From NCBI GenBank assembly GCA_964514595.1, contig CAZEQZ010000001.1:107914-171913 (forward strand): DNA of 64,000 bases. The letters are read 5' to 3'. Below are positions 59,801 through 64,000 of the stretch, piece by piece. The DNA comes from an uncultured Candidatus Saccharibacteria bacterium. GTDB lineage: Bacteria; Patescibacteriota; Dojkabacteria; SC72. Under the pieces are notes generated by a model. That model had not been told where the DNA came from. It saw nothing but the letters and a program-made list of their open reading frames with translations, and did not search any database. The translations under genes were made by a program, and so were the position numbers. Within the stretch, counting starts at the first letter, position 1; every line of letters begins with the position of its first letter.

Positions 59801-60822
59801 GGGCAACTATCTATGAGCAAACTTTTGGTATGGATATAGGCATGAGTGAAGGGGAAACAATGGTTATTAGGCCAACAGTGTTTGATCAGGGTTGTAACCT
59901 TTCAAATAAAGAACATAGAATATCTCTGGCTCCTTGGATAGCCACTAAAGGTGGAATTGCATACTCCAGTGGCTCTTTTGGTCCAGGAGCAAAAGATGTT
60001 CTGGATGAGCAGGATTTGGGGGGGTTAACAAATATAAAGAATATTTCGTTTAATGAACTAACCACTGGTACGGAATTGGTCTCTTCTAAAGGAGGTTTTA
60101 TAAATGAATTAAGATTTCCTGAGTTAGAGGCTTTAAAGGGTGTAAGGGCTAGGAATGTGTATGACTATAACGATAGAAAAAACTACTGGTTTGAGTATTT
60201 GAAACGTAAATTAAGTGTTCAGAAATCAGATGAGACAGTTGCGATAAGTGAGCATTTGTGGATGGAAGAGGATAGTCTAAAGGGTAGTGTATCTGCAATT
60301 TGTGCAGGCTTAGAGAATTGTTTAATAAATTCGGAGAGTAGTATTGTGATTACTTCTGGATTCATCTGTGACAGAAGAGCATTAATTATGTCCGAAAAAG
60401 ATATAACACTTGGACCCAATATAACTACGAATGGAAATAATGGTAGTGGTTGTATATTTTTAGCTAAAGATCGAATTCTCATAGGAGAAGGAAATTATCA
60501 AAGTACCTCTGTCTCTCCCGGTACCGTTGGGTATGACTATATAGAGGGATACTTGATAGCAGAGGATCAAATAATTATAGAAAAGGCAGACGACGAAAGA
60601 ATAATAAGGGATGGTTTGGAAATATATGGTGGAATGGCAGCATTTGGAAGAAATTCTGTTGATGATAATGCTGTGTCAATCCAAAGAAATCTTCGTCTTC
60701 TTAACTATTCGAATCCAACGCTTGCAGTCACCTGGGATCCAAGATATGCAAAAATATCGGAGATATTTTTCGGATTGGAAGCAGGTATATATAAACAGGA
60801 GGTAGGGTTTAAAGTATATTAA
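56845..60822 (+). CDS. Large secreted Cys-rich adhesin-like protein with five-bladed beta-propeller repeats
   Basis: Signal peptide, Cys-rich N-terminus, five GRI..G...YKMWY.G...RI.YATS.DG.TW repeats, beta-rich C-terminus ending WDPRY. Confidence 0.8.
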   Translation: MKMAEKIYKLFSVVIFIFLFGLISLKDTRAFAPGTYCNMFCYGRYCESWGFPGGARFFCEDLEDSCTPKCNKTCTPTCARYPGTSFDYSGPLCNAGRSRCSYSNGCGGKCYKYGDNCYYPETNLQTNVPSNWAPTHTSMIVGNRAYQLSTDPATPTTINVSSILTAISQIQDSNKTLKTDNTVEARSNVMGTMGRIPLGSSTGDKDHIRGSSVLVDEGVYKMWYSGSNGNYRIYYATSNDGLTWNKYNNVAEARSNTTGTEGRIPLGMATTGIGDRAHVYHPSVIRDGDTYKMWYTGEDSGNVPRIYMATSSDGLIWTKENNSIPSRDDSTNGRIALGASVSGVGDKNRVSDPSVIKDGTEYKMWYAGYDGSNWRIYMATSVDGLTWNKVDNSTPINSNDISTQGRIPRGEAGTGDRTHVRSPIVIKDADVYKMWYTGYDGSYWRIFYATSTDGYTWIKQNNAVPSPARSNDYTTDGRITRGSSGGDATHASFPSAIKSGGKIIIYYSGSNGTWRIYRAEVNDDYPVKVSMPVTSALPGSRDILYEFKVDNYGSNQVWFGGTECMGVNGEDFCNIDINNAPRFVPAGLGIGEVLSLGSSGKVMGSYHSLNLCDDSTIQSTTVNGYYKINSGPEIVLPCPMDTSIAEDDPRCTPCVIGGVLINANIILEDERCTLDEEPEECKWNKDLMSNNPACKPPEEDKKKFLPEVGSDMTQERCKSEEYTGKEINNPLRVRISGVDADGNDEIEGVLVAFTKSSISLPIISEYGEYTYSDMNNLAILLKRNGSDPNWDNEPLIYGLTHNGVWGELSGDSRSLKNSLGSEIVTVLEGITVNMRGNDDGVVTFEMQLNFKEGNDDNPGGIFDFRTAVLDRYMLEGIVDQSMVKKYFDWGIDLVDPVVEKPEQAVSGPQQLNLTISANDTDSNITDLIIDTYKRGYLISGTLKIISPSQYLSYPILEVEDEPPLIDLLSHLEGIYDLNSWHFGGIGATIYEQTFGMDIGMSEGETMVIRPTVFDQGCNLSNKEHRISLAPWIATKGGIAYSSGSFGPGAKDVLDEQDLGGLTNIKNISFNELTTGTELVSSKGGFINELRFPELEALKGVRARNVYDYNDRKNYWFEYLKRKLSVQKSDETVAISEHLWMEEDSLKGSVSAICAGLENCLINSESSIVITSGFICDRRALIMSEKDITLGPNITTNGNNGSGCIFLAKDRILIGEGNYQSTSVSPGTVGYDYIEGYLIAEDQIIIEKADDERIIRDGLEIYGGMAAFGRNSVDDNAVSIQRNLRLLNYSNPTLAVTWDPRYAKISEIFFGLEAGIYKQEVGFKVY

Positions 60823-60826
60823 TAAT

Positions 60827-61849
60827 ATGAAAGATATTGTAAAGAAAATAGAGGGGAAATATGAAGCACAGGCCTTAGCCATAGCTATGGTTGTTTTAGT
60901 AATATCCTCATTAATTGCCATATCGGTATATTCTAGAAGTACAAAGGATAAGGGATTAACCCTAGAGGAGAGGGCATCCGCAGAGGCATTAGAGGTCTCT
61001 GATCTATTATTAGATAAGCTAACGGCATTTCCCATAACAGAGGTTATAACCATATTGGCAGAAGAATCAGAATTGGGAGTTGAGGACTCTTTAGATTTTA
61101 ATAAAGGTATTATTGTAAAAGAGCAATCAGGTTCTAATGGGGAGGGTATAACAAACCTTTTTTCTAGACTAGGTATCTTAGAAGGAACCGCTACTATTTC
61201 TGACATGATAAGTCCTTTGTGTCCTGTATCTGAAGGAAGTAGTAACGAATATCAAATAACGTTATTAACAGCAGATGAGAACACCTATTATGAAATTCGT
61301 CCAGGACAGGTATGGAGTCTTCCCTCTAGAGCCATACTATTGGGCAGGGATGATTGTATGTTAAATATGAAAGTAGCTATAAGGGGAGATTCGAAAGCTG
61401 GGTTTTCTCTGATTAAATCGTATTGTAAGTATGAGGAGGGAACCCTTAATTGGCAGGAATGTCGCGGATATGAAGGGGAAGATATTACAAATTATTGTTT
61501 TGGAAGTGCAGAAGAGTGTAATAATGACAGTGATTTTGATGATCTAGGGAATTGGCAAAAGTATCAATCTGAAACAACGTTAGGACCAATAAGTATGGGG
61601 CCTACTACTGGAGTGCCGGTAGAAGAGTATCAATATCCTACGGAGATACGTATTAAGGCGGTAGGAGGGACCATAGGGATATCGTATAAATTGCCGGAAC
61701 AGTGTGTTCCAGATTTTAGAATGTTCCTGATAAGGGCGACAGCAAACTGCTCTGGAGTATACAGGGGAAAGGAGATTCTAATACCTGAACAGAAATGGCA
61801 TACTACGATATTTGATTATGTATTTTTCAACGGGGAAGGGTCCATGTAA
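60827..61849 (+). CDS. PilX-like minor pilin
   Basis: Short charged leader, then QALAIAMVVLVISSLIAISVYSRS...ERASAEALEVSD, resembling a PilX N-terminus; several Cys. Confidence 0.6.
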   Translation: MKDIVKKIEGKYEAQALAIAMVVLVISSLIAISVYSRSTKDKGLTLEERASAEALEVSDLLLDKLTAFPITEVITILAEESELGVEDSLDFNKGIIVKEQSGSNGEGITNLFSRLGILEGTATISDMISPLCPVSEGSSNEYQITLLTADENTYYEIRPGQVWSLPSRAILLGRDDCMLNMKVAIRGDSKAGFSLIKSYCKYEEGTLNWQECRGYEGEDITNYCFGSAEECNNDSDFDDLGNWQKYQSETTLGPISMGPTTGVPVEEYQYPTEIRIKAVGGTIGISYKLPEQCVPDFRMFLIRATANCSGVYRGKEILIPEQKWHTTIFDYVFFNGEGSM

Positions 61850-61994
61850 AATGTTTCTCTGTGATTGAAAAGTCTCTCAATAATTGATAATATAATTCTC
61901 ACATAAGGTTTGGAATATGCAAGAGGATTGTTGTACAAAGTAACATTTTCTGCTAAAATCCATCTCGTTATATAAATACATACTGTATATATTA

Positions 61995-62351
61995 ATGTTA
62001 GTAAAAAAGACAAATCAGTTAAAGAATTATGAGATGATGGTTGCTCTTAAGCCACTATTACCTGATGACCTAAGAAAGGAGATTCATAAGGAGTTTGTAG
62101 ACCTGATTAAGAAAAAAGGTGGAGATTTGATAGATGTGGATGTATGGGGGAAAAGATACTTAGCATACAAAATAAAGGGTCACAATGAGGGATACTACAT
62201 AGTATATGACTTTAAAGCATTTCCAAAAGATATTGCAGAGGTGAGGAGACAGATGCAACTTAAGCAGGAAATACTCCGTTTTATGATCACAGAGGTGGAA
62301 GATGTTAGTACAATAGGAAAAAGTATAAAAAAGAAAGAATTGGAAATTTAA
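61995..62351 (+). CDS. rpsF: 30S ribosomal protein S6
   Basis: YEMMVAL, WGKRYLAYKI, ILRFMI. Confidence 0.96.
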   Translation: MLVKKTNQLKNYEMMVALKPLLPDDLRKEIHKEFVDLIKKKGGDLIDVDVWGKRYLAYKIKGHNEGYYIVYDFKAFPKDIAEVRRQMQLKQEILRFMITEVEDVSTIGKSIKKKELEI

Positions 62352-62411
62352 TCGAAATTTAATAATTGAGGTGTATAGTTAAGGGTAAGTTAAATTATAA
62401 ATATAAATAAT

Positions 62412-62888
62412 ATGGCGTCTAGATCTTTAAATAAAGTTATCCTAATAGGAAACTTAACAAGAGACCCAGAGATGAGATATACAAACTCTGGAACTCCAGT
62501 AGTCACGTTTGGGATGGCTACAAACAAGTCATGGAAAGATGCAGAGGGGGAGACAAAAGAGTTAGCAGAATTTCATAACCTTGTTGCATGGAATAAAATG
62601 GCAGAGATATGTCAACAGCTTCTTTCAAAAGGGATGAAAGTATATATAGAGGGTTCACTTAATACAAGATCATGGGAAGGTGAAGATGGAGTTACACGAT
62701 ATAAGACAGAAATTAGAGTAGATGATATGATTCTCCTTGATAGTAAAGGTAAGCAGGGAGCTGGAATCACAGAAAATGGAGATTCCGAACCTAAGGAGGA
62801 GGAGAAAGAGGAAGCTAAGGAAGAAGAGGTTTCAGAAGATGAAGAAACTCCTGTTGAGGATCCATTGGAGGAAGATTTACCATTCTAA
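62412..62888 (+). CDS. ssb: Single-stranded DNA-binding protein
   Basis: LNKVILIGNLTRDPE, C-terminal DLPF. Confidence 0.98.
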   Translation: MASRSLNKVILIGNLTRDPEMRYTNSGTPVVTFGMATNKSWKDAEGETKELAEFHNLVAWNKMAEICQQLLSKGMKVYIEGSLNTRSWEGEDGVTRYKTEIRVDDMILLDSKGKQGAGITENGDSEPKEEEKEEAKEEEVSEDEETPVEDPLEEDLPF

Positions 62889-62905
62889 TTTAAAAAACTA
62901 GCTTG

Positions 62906-63247
62906 ATGGCAGAGGAAGTAAAAAATATAGAAACAACAAATACACCGCCCACATTGGATGATGTTTTTGATGATACAAAAATAACTGAAGAAGAGGTTCA
63001 TGAGCAAAAGAGAGCTCCTAGAAGAAGGAAAAAGATAGTTCAGAATCTTAAATGTCCTCTTTGTGAATCGGGAGTTAAAAACGTCACATACAAAGATGTG
63101 TATCAGTTAAAGAAATTTACTTCTGTGAGAGGTAAATTCATATCTACTGAGAAATCAGGAGTATGTCATAAACATCAGAGACAATTAAAAAGTGCTATTA
63201 AGAGGGCAAGGTATATGGCACTACTTCCATACGCTCTAAATGAGTAG
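62906..63247 (+). CDS. rpsR: 30S ribosomal protein S18 with acidic N-terminal extension
   Basis: CPLC, YKDV..LKKF...RGK, HQRQLKSAIKRARYMALLPY. Confidence 0.95.
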   Translation: MAEEVKNIETTNTPPTLDDVFDDTKITEEEVHEQKRAPRRRKKIVQNLKCPLCESGVKNVTYKDVYQLKKFTSVRGKFISTEKSGVCHKHQRQLKSAIKRARYMALLPYALNE

Positions 63248-63270
63248 AGTATTTATTTTGTGAAGGGTAG

Positions 63271-63294
63271 GGGGATCGAAAGATCCCCTTTTTT
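63271..63294 (+). terminator. Intrinsic terminator after rpsF-ssb-rpsR
   Basis: GGGGATC-GAAA-GATCCCC followed by TTTTTT. Confidence 0.9.
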
Positions 63295-63332
63295 ATTGAA
63301 AAGATACTCTCTTTTAAGTAATATATAACATA

Positions 63333-64000
63333 ATGTCAAAACTGCCCTTACTTGAAAAAAACGCATATCTGAGTGTAGTAATAAAAGACAATGGTATATG
63401 GTCTCATTTAGCTTATACAGACCATGATGCAAACAGGGAGTATATCCTTACAGATTTCACAGACGTAAACCCTCTTCGGTACAGGTTAGATGATGAGCTG
63501 TTTACCAAAAACTTCTGGTTTGAATATTTTGATAATCTCGAAAAAGTGTTTAGTTGGGATTTAGTAGATAGAAATAAATTAGCTGTATTCACGTTTAGAC
63601 CTTTTAAAAACGAGGGAGACGGCTTAACAGGTATCAGGATACAGATAGATGATAACCAAAAATTCTTTGAGAAGATATTTTCATCAGTAAGGGATTTCTC
63701 CAGGGATATATCCTTAAGGGTCATTGATGATCAGTATATGTACAATATATTAGATGCTTTGATAGATAAGAGTGAATACGATGATTTGATGTACATAGAT
63801 ATGGATTTGATAGATCTCTCTATATTCCGAGTCCATAAAGTATATGACCGAAGGAGTAAAAAAGAAAAGAAGATCTTCTCCAGATCTAAAATCAGTTGGA
63901 ATAACGATTTGACGGTTATAGATTCAGTACGAGACGCTAGATTTAGGGCCTTCTTAGGTACTGACTTAAGTACAAAAGAGATATTTAACTACTGGAGTAA
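63333..64000 (+). CDS. Partial hypothetical protein running off the window end
   Basis: Hand translation MSKLPLLEKNAYLSVVIKDNGIWSHLAYTD... stays open to the end; TTGAAA-17-TAATAT lies just upstream. Confidence 0.7.
   Translation, partial: MSKLPLLEKNAYLSVVIKDNGIWSHLAYTDHDANREYILTDFTDVNPLRYRLDDELFTKNFWFEYFDNLEKVFSWDLVDRNKLAVFTFRPFKNEGDGLTGIRIQIDDNQKFFEKIFSSVRDFSRDISLRVIDDQYMYNILDALIDKSEYDDLMYIDMDLIDLSIFRVHKVYDRRSKKEKKIFSRSKISWNNDLTVIDSVRDARFRAFLGTDLSTKEIFNYWS

Noticed and set aside
61995-62351. S6 as the substrate of the RimK-like ligases
   Set aside because: S6 ends KKKELEI, without the terminal Glu residues that RimK extends.
63413-63724. Minus-strand 103-aa ORF
   Set aside because: Shadow of the plus-strand partial CDS starting at 63333.
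1-64000. TGA recoding (genetic code 25)
   Set aside because: TGA ends radC, cysS and others at expected lengths, and conserved genes are uninterrupted under code 11.
1-64000. CRISPR array, IS element, prophage or rRNA
   Set aside because: No regularly spaced repeats, transposase, integrase, phage structural genes or rRNA-like sequence seen; the repeats found are coding repeats or the two hairpins.

Overview
AT-rich, densely coding bacterial chromosome segment using the standard genetic code. The overall signature (tRNAs mostly without encoded CCA, few Shine-Dalgarno sites, AMP phosphorylase plus ribose-1,5-bisphosphate isomerase, RNase HIII, many secreted or pilin-like orphans) suggests a CPR/Patescibacteria genome, possibly Dojkabacteria; that assignment is inference. 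Housekeeping genes: rplL/J/A/K, nusG, secE, rpmG, rpmB, mreBCD-PBP2, dprA-topA-radC, rpsB-tsf-frr-rseP, rpsU-yqeY-ybeY-pth, mfd, dnaX-ybaB-recR-cysS-rnhC, cca, ychF, rpsF-ssb-rpsR and five tRNAs. Most notable: (1) a 7TM protein followed by three clear ATP-grasp ligases and a probable fourth, one fused to a retropepsin-like domain and one CphA2-like; (2) an insertion splitting rplA from rplJ that holds a RelE-type TA pair and two parallel modules of promoter, boxA-like motif, SD, small ORF and conserved hairpin; (3) ribosomal protein S2 fused to an RNAP alpha-CTD-like domain, beside an EF-Ts with a duplicated UBA domain; (4) a roughly 146-nt structured ncRNA candidate; (5) a four-gene WxL/pilus-like surface cluster; (6) a nuclease-R15P isomerase-AMP phosphorylase operon; (7) a large Cys-rich adhesin-like protein with a five-repeat propeller next to a PilX-like gene; (8) several apparently leaderless transcripts. 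No CRISPR array, IS element, integrase or rRNA was seen. All family calls come from motif recognition by eye, not from database searches.
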